NCBI RefSeq assembly: GCF_009914755.1
Contig: NC_060940.1
DNA length: 64,000 nucleotides
DNA from: the human T2T-CHM13v2.0 reference genome, Homo sapiens
Strand: one strand, 5' to 3'
Part shown: positions 13,531 to 25,033 of the stretch, piece after piece
Layout: each line of letters begins with the position of its first letter
Numbering within the stretch: the first letter of the stretch is position 1
The notes under the pieces: generated by a model
What the model was told of the DNA's origin: nothing
What the model saw: the letters and a program-made list of their open reading frames with translations, nothing else
Databases searched by the model: none
Made by a program: the position numbers and the translations under genes

Positions 13531-14463
13531 AGATCTCTCTTAACTTCATCTTCTCCTCCAAAGAAGGGTATGTTCATCCAAAAGACAAAATACTGAAAAC
13601 AACATTCTTTGGATACCAGCTGCCAGAATGCAGAGATTTCAAGAATTTCAGCAATGCTGAGCACTCCAAAGTTGCCAATAGCTGCAGGATTCTTCTTACA
13701 TCTTCGACAGAAGGACATTTGGAGCTTTCTGTACATGCACTGTAATACACATATTCTATGGGGCATATCAGTTATGCATTCACTTGCCTCCGTTAATATT
13801 TTAGGCTTCATAAGCATAAATAAAACATACCTTAATTAGAAGTTTACAATCAGATTTCTATCTTGATCTTCTCTCCCCACCAGCCTTGTTTCTAAAGACA
13901 AGCATTAGGGTATATGTCCCACAGTCATAAATCATTCAGGACCATCCTTTTGGGACAGAGGTGTGCTCCCCCTGCCAGGTTGGAACGATTGGTTCAAACA
14001 GCCTCGGCATGCAGTCACTGATGCGACAAGCGATGAAGTTCTATTGTTTTTTCCTTTTTAGAAGAAATTGAAATTATTCATGAGGTGCCGCTCAGCTGAA
14101 CACTTGGATCCTTTCCCCTACTTCAGGGACAGATTTCCTGGCCAGAACTTGCTGCCGAAGAATCTAACATTGGTTAAAAATGAACGTGTTCTCCAAAGGA
14201 GGACATTAATATACTTAATGTTCAAGGAGTCTTGGCATCCCCTGTTGAGAGGCTGCCAAACAAATTGCATTAGGCAGGTACTTTTGCTCCTGATGAGATG
14301 AACAGGTGGCCCAAGTACATCATGCATCATTATTTGCTTGGATCAAGTGCAAACAGGTGTGCCCCATTCATATCTCCAAAACATGGATTGACCACCACCT
14401 TCAATAGGTCCTTTGCCAGAACACTTGCAAGTCACCCAGGTGCAGTAGAACTGGGACATTGTA

Positions 14464-14772
14464 GGCTGGGCGCCCTGGCTCACACCTGTAATCCTAGCAC
14501 TTTGGGAGGCTGAGGCAGGCGGATCATCTGAGGTCAGGAATTCGTGACCAGCCTGGCCAATGTGGCGAAACCCCATCTCTACTAAAAATACAAAAATTAG
14601 CCAGACTTGGTGATGAGCGCCTGTAATCCCAGCAACTCAGGAGGCTGAGGCAGGAGAATCGCTTGAACCTGGGAGTCGGAGGCTGCAGTGAGCCTCTGCA
14701 CTCCAGCCTGGGCAACAGAGTGAGACTTGGTCTCAAAACAAAACAAAACAAAAAACAAAACAAAACAAAAAA
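14464..14772 (+). mobile_element. AluS with (CAAAA)n tail
   Basis: Full dimer with a short right-arm deletion. TSD agaa(c/t)tgggacattgt. Confidence 0.95.
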
Positions 14773-15466
14773 AGAATTGGGACATTGTTCTTGTTTATAC
14801 CAGCAAGCTGGGGGCCTGGGGGCCTATAATAGTTTTCTCCCAATTGGTGGACTTGGCAGAGGACAGAAAGGAGCCTGATTGTCACATTGCTCTCAGAGTA
14901 CCCTGATGGAACAGTCGCTAAGTCAGTCTTAACAGGCACACAATGTGAACAGGCAAAACAGGCTGATGGGAAATCTGAGAATGAGAAATCCGACTAAGGC
15001 AGAGTGGCCAGGATGCACAGATAGTACATAGTAAAGCTAGAATTTGAACACAGGTCTCTGTGGCTTCAAAGTTTTTAAAAGCCCTTTTGTGAATGACCCA
15101 GATCATGAGAAAAAGCCAGAAGAACTTCACAAATCAACACATGGCCAGAGGTTTCTGTTGTGAATGATTTCATGTTTTCAAATTGCAATGGGTAGATGAA
15201 GGGTTGTCCTCTCTATTCTAGCAGGAAAAGTCAGGATTTCTGTGACTGCAGTATTCATCCCATGTTCTTTTATTTCTATTTTTCTTGTTTCTCTAAAGCA
15301 TTTTGTTCTGGGAATTCACACAAAGGCAACTTCACCACCTGCCATGTACTCTCCCTAAAGTCACTGTCTTTCAAATATTTGGATTCCTTGGCTTCAGTAA
15401 TCCCTACACTAAGGGGATGTTGGATCAGCCTGCCAGATCCCTTGCAACTTTAAGAGTTATGATCTG

Positions 15467-15623
15467 TTAGTCAGGCATGGTGGTGCATGCCTGTAGTCCC
15501 AGCTACTTGGGAGGCTGAGGCTGGAGGATTGCTTGAGCTCAGGAGTTTGAGGATGCCGTGAGGATTGCACCACTGCACTTCAGCATGGGCAACAGAGTGA
15601 GACCCTGTCTCTTTAAAAAAAAA
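15467..15623 (+). mobile_element. Alu right-arm monomer (FRAM or 5'-truncated AluJ)
   Basis: ttagtcaggcatggtggtgcatgcctgtagtccc ... A-tail. TSD agttatgatct. Confidence 0.9.
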
Positions 15624-16727
15624 GTTATGATCTAAGTTCAGATGCACAATAATGTGCATGCTCCTTTTGCTCCAAATATGCTCCTTTTGTATACCTTTGA
15701 AGGCAGAGTCTTTTGACAATTGTCCTTTGGTTGGCAGGACAACTCTGGTTGAAGGTGATCTATAGGTGAACTCTTTGTCCATCCAGAAACCACTCAAGTT
15801 CGTTTGCCATGCCATCCATGTTTCTGGTTCTTGTTGCTTAGCATCGCTCATCAATTGGCAAAGATCTGGTTAAAATCTTTTACAAAATAGGTGCCTTTAT
15901 AAATTGTCAGTGGCTGTGAAACTTGGTACAACCCTCTAGGAAAAAAAGTGGGAATCTAAATGAAGAACACTGAAGACCGTTTCATGCAGTTTTACTCGGT
16001 CATTTGACTTCTGGGAATGTATCCTAAGGCTGTTCTTCTTATACTACTTACCCAGCACCTTCTCTGGGCCAGACCATGTGCTAAATAGTTTACATAAGTA
16101 TTTCATGTATCCCCGCAACATTGCCATGAAGTGGATACAAATACACCCATTTAAAGACAAGGAAACTGTAGTTCAGAAAGGTTGAGTCACTTGCCCAAGT
16201 CCTTCAGCCACTGGGCAAGAAAGGATTCAGGTTTCAGACCAATGTGTTTTTTCTTTAGACATATTACCCATGCAATTGGCCACACTCCATAGCAATGCTA
16301 TTTTGGAAGCTCCATTTAATAAGTTAAAATGAATTTTATGGGCAGCTGAGTAATTATCTGACTTGAACCCAATTAAAAATTGAGTCAATTCTGCCTGAGT
16401 TTGAAGGCTTCTTTTGATTAATGCTGGACAAATGGATTTCTCCTTTTAACCAGAACCCTGAGTTCCAGATGGCCAGGCTGGCCTCTGTACAGAGTGTCCC
16501 CAAAAAAGCTTGTGTGATGCACCCATACGTGCCCACTTGTCCAGATCTCTACGTGACATGTATGTGCACCAACCAGGGGAAAGATTGTTGACTAGAACCA
16601 GACATTCAATTAGCATCTTCTGCAGCCACATGGTTTAATGACAGACTATTTCTTTTTAGAAGCTCAGTGAAGATGGGCATGGCCTTTAGAATCTCTAGAC
16701 CTAGGATTGTTATTTTTTTTTTTTTTT

Positions 16728-16960
16728 AGAGGAACATACAGATTTATTTAATTTTAAGTTTTATGTGAGTTGAGAGACTTTATAAAGAAATGGCAGCCCA
16801 AAGAAGTTGCAAAATCTCAATGCTTTCCTACTATGCTGGACAAAGTGAGGCAATTGTGAAAAAGTAATTAAGATATACAGGAAAGCTAAAGAAAGATAAG
16901 AGTTGTTTTAACAAAATTCGATTGTTTGCAGAGAATTGTCTCTGTCTCTGGTGATAAAGA
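16728..16960 (-). other. L1 3'-transduced segment (possibly ERV1/MER4-group LTR-derived)
   Basis: Lies between the L1 tail (~16961) and a second poly-T (16713-16727), inside TSD gattgtta. Minus-strand AATAAA at 16743-16748. Confidence 0.75.
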
Positions 16961-16962
16961 TA

Positions 16963-17693
16963 TTTTTTTTTATTATTGTACTTTAAATTTTAGGGTACAT
17001 GTGCACAATGTGCAGGTTAGCTACATATGTATACATGTGCCATGCTGGTGCGCTGCACCCACTAACTCGTCATCTAGCATTAGGTATATCTCCCAGTGCT
17101 ATCCCTCCTCCCCCACCCCACCCCACAACAATCCCCAGAGTGTGATGTTCCCCTTCCTGTGTCCATGTGTTCTCGTTGTTCAGTTCTCACCTATGAGTGA
17201 GAATATGCGGCGTTTGGTTTTTTGTCCTTGCGATAGTTTACTGAGAATGATGATTTCCAATTTCATCCATGTCCCTACAAAGGACATGAACTCATCATTT
17301 TTTATGGCTGCATAGTATTCCATGGTGTATATTTGCCACATTTTCTTAATCTAGTCTATCATTGTTGGACATTTGGGTTGGTTCCAAGTCTTTGCTATTG
17401 TGAATAGTGCCGCAGTAAACATACGTGTGCATGTGTCTTTATAGCAGCGTGATTTATAGTCCTTTGGGTATATACCCAGTAATGGGATGGCTGGGTCAAA
17501 TGCTATTTCTAGTTCTAGATCCCTGAGGAATCGCCACACTGACTTCCACAATGGTTGAACTAGTTTACAGTCCCACCAACAGTGTAAAAGTGTTCCTATT
17601 TCTCCACATCCTCTCCAGCACTTGTTGTTACCTGACTTTTTAATGATTGCCATTCTAACTGGTGTGAGATGGTATCTCATTGTGGTTTTGATT
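16963..17693 (-). mobile_element. 5'-truncated young L1PA (L1PA2/3-like), end of ORF2 plus 3' UTR
   Basis: tttagggtacatgtgcacaatgtgcagg..actaactcgtcatctagcattagg. Translates to the ORF2p C-terminus ([32 protein letters not shown]) with a premature stop. Confidence 0.97.
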
Positions 17694-18189
17694 GTTAACT
17701 GGCTCCACCACTTAATAGCTGTGACCTTGGGGAAACGACAGAATGAATGGTTGGGGACATTGGTTGTAGGCAACAAGCTAAGCCTGAGTGTTTGTAAGGA
17801 AGCTCTCCCTCAGAGGGTCAGGGAGTAGACTCTGAGCTATGCAAGCATCATCAGCTCCCAAAATCTCCCAGCAGAACAGGCTGCCATCTCTCCCAGCTTC
17901 ACTCATACTGTTAGCCCAGCAGCCCTTTGTGTCCAGGGAAATCAGAAAAGTTGCCACCACCACCAGCATCTATTTTAAACATGGATTTCACTTGTCCCTC
18001 ATTTTTTAGGGCTCATAGCTCCAATTTCACTCTGGAGCAGGCACAGCTGATTGGTAGAGTGTGGTGGCTGCTAAGGCCCAACAAAGTGGGTATTTGGCAT
18101 CTTTACCTTCAACAGTGGAAAGTGAGCTCTGCCTGGAATGCCCCAGGCAAAGGAAGGAACATTTTTCAGGTTCTGGGTAGCCAAAAAGA

Positions 18190-18229
18190 AAAGTGCTGGG
18201 ATTACAGATGTGAGCCACTGTGCCCAGCT
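18190..18229 (-). mobile_element. Alu 5'-end stub (~40 bp)
   Basis: aaagtgctgggattacagatgtgagccactgtgcccagct, with no further Alu sequence. Confidence 0.85.
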
Positions 18230-19705
18230 AAAGGCAGTCTTTTGACAGTTGCCCTGTGCTTGGTCCTCTGGTTGAAAGTGATCTATATGTGAACCTTTAT
18301 CCATTCATGAAGCACTCAAGTTCATTTGCAAAACCGTCTACGTTTCTGGTTCCTGACATGCTGTGGCAAACACACTACACACTACAAATGACAAATACTG
18401 CAAATGGGAATTATAATACTCATCTGCTTGGCTTTATTCATTCATCATTCATTCATTCCATCTACAGGTATTTATTGAACATCTATTATGTACCAGGCAC
18501 TGTGCTAAGTCTGGGGATACAGCTGTGAAACAAGGGTTTATTGAAAAGGTTTACATTATTACTTGTAAAAACAATAACATTGACAGAGTCTCTCATGTTT
18601 TGAGTTGAGTTCTGTGCCAGAAACTGTGCTAGGTACTTAATGCCCGTCCTTCTCACCCCGCCCGTGAATGAAACTTTCTTACCAAAAAATCATTGCAGAG
18701 TGCTATTGTGCAATAATCCCCAATAGCAGGTGGCCAATAAAACTAAACACTCTCTCTGCTCAACAGGTTCAAACTTTGATCCTGAGAGATTTGATTTTCT
18801 TGCTTTTCTTTTAGACATCAATAAACTTAAAAATCAAAACATAGGAACCTGATGATTTTGCCTAAATGCATGATGTCAGCTCATTCAGCTCAATCAAGGG
18901 GTTGATGGCTGCCAAGCAGGTGACAAATGGAATTAAGTGCACTCGCGGCATTGATGCACAGCTTGAAAAGGCTTGCTTGTTTGGAGACACCGATCATCTG
19001 TCTCCAGACCCCCTCGCTGTGCTGAGCTAACCGATATAATTAAAGACATGTTTCTGTTTGCGAAGTGATAGACTGAGCTGGCTTTCGGGGCTGCAACATC
19101 TGTCATCCCAGCCTGTTGCTGTCTTGTGGCTCCTTCTGAGTTCAGGGTTCCTTGGGGTTGCTGTCACCAGCCTTGAGAGCAGAGTGGGTGCCCATGGTTC
19201 ACAACTGGATTCCAACTCTCTTATAAGGTGAGACGTGGGAAAGGTGTATTTATCAAAGTGGACAGGAAAATAAAAGCCACGTGTGTCCCAGTGAAGTAGT
19301 AAAGAGACACAGGCAGGCACATAGGCAGGATGGCCTAGTGACAAAGGATGTGGGTTTGGGACCTGGGTTCTGAGCATGGTCTTCCCTAACTCCTTAATCT
19401 TCCAGAGAGCCAACTTGTTTACACAATCATCACAAAAATGATGCCCAATCCTAGGGCCGTTGAACAATTTAAATGAGAGAATGGTAACAAAGAGCCTGGC
19501 TGATAATATTGTTGGTAATAAGTAGTATCTGCTGATGATTAGTGTTATTAAGACAATTTCCCCAGCATGGCCAGTTGCTGTAGAATCTTAAGAGAGTTGC
19601 TTATCCCTTCTGTGCCTCGGTTTCCTCATCATTAAGCATCTCTTCCAGTCCATTTCATGGGAACACGATGAAGAGAAGTAGGGAAGGTAGATATGTCAAC
19701 ATTTA

Positions 19706-20050
<345 letters not shown>

Positions 20051-20899
20051 TTTAAAAAGACATGACAATTACGGAGCAACTCCTCTCCTTGATCAGATAT
20101 GGAGGAAAATGCCTTTTTATTTTTATTTTTTTTACTGCGTATCCACTCTAAAGCCTGCCATGTGGTAACTTGGGTCACTCATTTTCTTTGCACCCTTTGC
20201 TAGTCTGTAAAACAGGGCTCCTTGCTTGCCTCTTAGAGTTCCACGAAGATCACTTCAGGGAATGCATAAGAAAGTTCTGTAACTATTGAATATTATCCCC
20301 ATGAGAGGCAGGGGGAGGTCTGTAGGGGGAGGTCTGCAGCAGCTCCCTGCAGCAAAAGTGAGCAGCTTCGTCATCTTTGCAGGCTGCCAAGCACCGGGCT
20401 TGCTGACCTTCTGAATCTGGCCACTGGCCACCTGTAGAGCTTCATTCATTCCTTCCCACTGCTCCTGCTCAGCTGTTTTCCCAAACTCTGTGAGCCCCTG
20501 TTCCAGGCACAGTGGACTTGCCTGAACACATTGTGTTTATCTCCTTGCACTAGAAAATATTTGCTCTTGGTGAATCCTAGGCCTTGGTGAGTGTGGGGTT
20601 GCCATAGCACCCCCACCTGTCGTCACAGCATCTAGCTTTCTGCATCAACATTTCTGGTTTTCTTCCTTGTCTCCACTGTGAGGCTGTCCATAATTTGAGG
20701 GCCAAGATCCTTGCCTGTTTATCTCACTAAGGCACTTCATGCATGTCAGTCAGCACAGTAGAGGGATCAAGCTCTCAGTCTGCAATCAGACGGGATGGGT
20801 TCTAGCCTCACCTTGTTCCTTTATTAGCCATGTTCTTAGGAAGTTCCATAAGCAGCCTCAGTCTCAGAGCAGAGGTGTCTGATTGGCCTAGACTTGAGA

Positions 20900-21057
20900 C
20901 TCCTTAAACTTTAATAAACATTTGAAACACCTAGGAGTCTTACATAGAATTAAGATTTTGGTTCAGGAGGTTTGGAATGGGACCTGAGATTCTGCGTTTC
21001 TGACAAGTTCCAGGTTGTTGTCACTGCTGCGCGTCTCCGGACCACACTGTGAGTAGT
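20900..21057. mobile_element. MER5A DNA transposon
   Basis: gggacctgagattctgcgtttctgacaagttccagg ... ggaccacactgtgagtag. Confidence 0.8.
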
Positions 21058-21247
21058 GGGGTGCAGGCTACGATTGGTTCAAACACTGGATCGTGGGGAG
21101 GATTTGGTTTTCTATAACAAGTTGACAAATAGGCTGACATGAGAGTCAAAGGACATCATGCATTTAAAGCCCTGAATCCACAAATCTTGGCTAATCAAAG
21201 CATGCCTCATATCAACTGTCATTTACTGAGCTCTTCCTATGAGAATC

Positions 21248-21352
21248 AATAGCAAACGTTGAGTGAGCACTTTCTATATGTCAGTCAAGGTGCTAAGTAC
21301 TTTGACACACAGGGTCTCAAGTGGGGAAACTGAGGCTCAGATAAGTTAAATG
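21248..21352 (-). mobile_element. MIR, first half (appears to continue at 22774)
   Basis: gggaaactgaggctcagataagttaaatg stops in the middle of the MIR core. Confidence 0.75.
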
Positions 21353-21364
21353 TGTTGAATTATC

Positions 21365-21561
21365 AGTGTGATAATACTTTTGATTGACTTGCCTTTCCCA
21401 CCCTCTTCTCTTTTAATAAAATCACCAAGGATCTGAGAAGATCAAATCTGCCTCCAGCCCCTGCCACCTAAGAGCGGATGTAATGATACTAGCAGTATTT
21501 TCCCTTCTTTTTGTTCATTCCTGCAGCCATTGTTTATTGAGCATCTACTATGTGAAAGGCA
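21365..21561. repeat. Left arm of a 197-bp inverted repeat (partner 22580-22776)
   Basis: Gapless reverse-complement alignment with 21 mismatches in 197 bp (manual count). Confidence 0.95.
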
Positions 21562-22310
21562 CTGTGGATACACTAATGGAGACAAACGTAGCCCTTATGG
21601 AGCTTCCAGTCTAGTGAGAGACACAGATATTAGTTAAGTAATTCCACAGATAAATATGATTCCAATCTGTTGAAAGGAGCTATCAGGAGAAAAGGATTTG
21701 GGAGCGACAAAAATGGGGAATTTGATCATTGGACTCTGCAAAGGCTTCCATGTGTGGATACGACCCTGAAATCACAGTGAAAGGTGGGTAGGAGTTGGCT
21801 AAAGAGAACATCTTGTGCAAAGGCCCTGGGGCGGGTTGCTGGGAGAGAGCACAGGACACTCAGGAGACAAAAGAAGACAAGTGCGGCTGGGGGCGGAGAG
21901 GTGTGAGCTGAAACTGGAGAGGCAGGCAGGGTCAAATCACAGAGGGCTTTCCAGTGCACATCAAGGATTCTGGGCTTTATCCTAAGAGCAGTGGAAAGCC
22001 ACTGAACAGTTTTAAGCAAGGGAGGAGTGATAACATCTGGCATCAATTTTGAGATCACTCAAAGAGATGAATCAAACAGATTTGGTGGGAGTTGCTTGAG
22101 TGAAAATGTAAAGAGGAATAAGCAAGTCCAGGCAAGAAATGACAGTGACCAAGGATGGGTGTGGAGGTGGCAGTGGCAATGGGGAGAAGGGGAACTCTGT
22201 AGAATGTATGTGAGAAATAAAACAACAACAACAACAACTGTATATTAGGGCTTGGTGATGGGGTCACTGTAAGGGGTGCAACAGCAAAGTGAGGGTGAGG
22301 GAGGCTTCCT
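21510..22310 (-). mobile_element. L2 LINE 3' fragment
   Basis: ttcattc..tttattgagcatctactatgtg..ggcactgtg ... tgtgcaaaggccctgggg ... gctttatcctaagagcagtggaaagccactg. Confidence 0.85.
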
Positions 22311-22401
22311 GAGTATTCTCCAATATTAGGACGCGAATACTTTAGTCATCCTCTTCATCCATATCTTCTATTTATACCTGGGCAAATAGTCCCAGAGAGA
22401 A

Positions 22402-22578
22402 AGGAGAAAAGGGTTTGGGAGCTACAAAAATGGGGAATTCGATGAATGCAAAGGCTTCCATGTGTGGATATGACCCTGAAATGACAGGCAGAAGGTGAGT
22501 AGTTGACTAGTTAAAGATAACAGTTTGTGCAAAGGTCCTGGGGCAGGGTTGGTGGGGGAGAGCTTGAAACACTCAGGA
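22402..22578 (+). repeat. Direct duplication of 21685-21865
   Basis: Shared blocks caaaaatggggaatt, tgcaaaggcttccatgtgtggata.gaccctgaaat and acactcagga. Confidence 0.92.
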
Positions 22579-22579
22579 C

Positions 22580-22776
22580 TGCCTTTCACATAGTAGATGC
22601 TCAATAAACAATGGCTGCAGGAATGAATAAAAAGAAGGGAAAAAACTGCTGGTATCGTTATGTCGGTTCCCAGGTGGCAGGGGCTGGAGGCAGGTTTGAT
22701 TGTCTCAGATCCTTGGTGATTTTTTTAAAGGAAGAGAGGATGGGAAAGGCATGTCAATCAAAAGCATTATCAGACT
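22580..22776. repeat. Right arm of the 197-bp inverted repeat
   Basis: Reverse complement of 21365-21561. Confidence 0.95.
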
Positions 22777-22835
22777 TATCCAAGGTCACACAGCTGGATG
22801 AGCAGAGGCTGGGCCAGTGTGGACCAGTTTTGAAG
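22774..22835 (-). mobile_element. MIR, second half
   Basis: acttatccaaggtcacacagct..gcagag resumes the MIR core where 21352 stops. Confidence 0.7.
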
Positions 22836-23189
22836 CTCTAGTGGCCAGTCCTGCTTAGTCCTAAGGAAGGGACCCTCTACCTTCTGCCTCTTGTATTGCT
22901 AAACAACAAAGTAGCAAGTGAGAAGAGGGTGTAACAGTGAAAAGATGAATGAGCTGAAACTGTTTCTCCCTTTAATGATTCTCTTAGACCTGTCAGATTC
23001 TCTGTCTTCAGGATTCCAGGTGATTCATCTGCGTTCAAAGCTACCCCAGTCCTGCTTGACCCTTCCAGGACTCTCAACTGTGATTTTTGGCTAGAACAAG
23101 AAGCAGAAGCTTGACACTATAGAAAGAGTTTTCAATCAGGAAGACCTGGGTTCAAATCCCAGCAGTACTTCTAAGTATCTACTCAAGAG

Positions 23190-23630
23190 AAGCACTTACC
23201 TGCATGCAGTATGGGTCGTGCATGCAAATTTTCACTGCAAAACTGCCTTTTATAATTAAAGACAATTGAAGTCAACCTCAGGGTGTATCAATAGGGGAAA
23301 GAATAAATAGGATATGGTTTATATGATGGAGTAAAACACAGCCCTCAAAGGAATGAATTGACATCAGTTGGAGAGGTGGATCTCAAAGACACATATTGTT
23401 GAATAAAAAATATGAGTTGTTGAGAAATCCATTTAAAAGGATACCATTTCTGTAAAAAAATCACAGCAAATGCCATGTATTTTATGCATACATTTATGTG
23501 CATGTAAAGTAATAAAAAGAGGTCTAGAAGAACAGGAATGACATTCATAATGCTATCTGAGGCGGAAGTCAATGGGACTTTATCTGCACTGTTCTAATTT
23601 TCTAAAAGGCAAATGAACTGATTTATTATA
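23190..23630 (+). mobile_element. Old L1ME-like 3' fragment
   Basis: gtatcaataggggaaagaataaata..atggagtaaaacacagc..aaaggaatgaa. Confidence 0.6.
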
Positions 23631-23681
23631 AGAAGAAAAACTCTGCCAGTGTGACCTTTGAAAAATAATATACACTTTTCT

Positions 23682-24026
<345 letters not shown>

Positions 24027-24550
24027 TTATTCATTCCATAGTTATTAACTACTGTGCTTTACCTGTGCAAGTTGTGGGGCACCCCAAGTCGAGATGGGCT
24101 CTCTGACCTTAGAGAAGCTGTGTGGTCTTTTGGGACAGAGAGGAAGCAACACAGTGATCAGAGAGCACAGAATAAGCCAGGGCCCCCGAAGAAAGGTCAT
24201 TGCCTAGCCTAGGGTGCAGGAAAGCCCCCCAAGGATATTGGCACCGAGCTGAGGTTTTGAAAAACAAGAAGGTGTTAGCCAGTCGTAGGACAAGGGTACA
24301 GGTGATGCAGTTGGAAAAGCAGCCTGTGCTCTGTGTTGGGCTGATTAATTACCATTTAATCTACAATCAAAAACAAAAACTAATGTTGCTGCTGTTGTCA
24401 GCTTCATTTTCTAAAAACACTGTCACCATCCATGTGATGGAAATTATGATATTTTGCACACGAACTTGTTTTGAGGAAAGGATCTAGCACATAGCAGGTA
24501 TTCGACAGACATGACTTCCCATCTCACTTGTTGCCTCATTTAACCCACCT

Positions 24551-25033
24551 TAGAGGACTGAATAATGGCCCCCTAAAATATCAGGTCCTAATCCCTGGAT
24601 CCTGTAAATGTGACTTATTTGGGAAAAGGGTCTTTGCAGAGGCGATTAAGTTAGGGATTAAGTTAGGGATCTTGTGACAGGGAGATTACAGGATCTTTTG
24701 TCCTAAATATAATCACAAGCGTCCTTAAAAGAGAGAGGCAAAGGGACCTAACACAGACATACAGGAGAGAAGGAGGCAATGGAGACAGATCTGAAGACAA
24801 TGACATTGAAGATTTGAATGATGCAGCCACAAGCCAAGGAATGCCGGTGCCATCAGAAGCTGGGAAAAGCAAGGAAAGCTCTCCCTTGGAGCCTCTGGAG
24901 GGGGTGTGCCTGCTCAGCCCAGTGAGGGTGGTTTTGCCCTTCTGGCCACCTAAGTTGTGAAAGATTATATTTCTGTTGTTTTAAGCCACTCAGTTTGTAG
25001 TAATTTGTTACAGCAAATACAGAAAACAAATAT
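24551..25033 (+). mobile_element. MLT1C-like solo LTR
   Basis: ggactgaataatggcccc .. ggtctttgcaga .. gcagccacaagccaaggaatgcc .. tttaagccactcagtttgtagtaatttgttacagc. Confidence 0.85.

Noticed and set aside
14045-14090. Acceptor-like tttttccttttag with a possible 23-nt exon
   Set aside because: The donor (GAG|GTGCCG) is weak and there is no other support.
15471-15854. 127-aa ORF overlapping the duplicated segment
   Set aside because: Its C-terminus is Alu, the paralogous copy has frame-breaking indels, and no domain is recognisable.
17351-17776. 141-aa ORF with clear protein similarity
   Set aside because: It is the C-terminal fragment of L1 ORF2p from a 5'-truncated copy, with a premature stop and an N-terminus drawn from flanking DNA. 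Not a gene.
21353-22776. Autonomous DNA transposon
   Set aside because: There is no transposase ORF, the interior is decayed L2, and the arm ends match no TIR I recognise. Kept only as a rearrangement finding.
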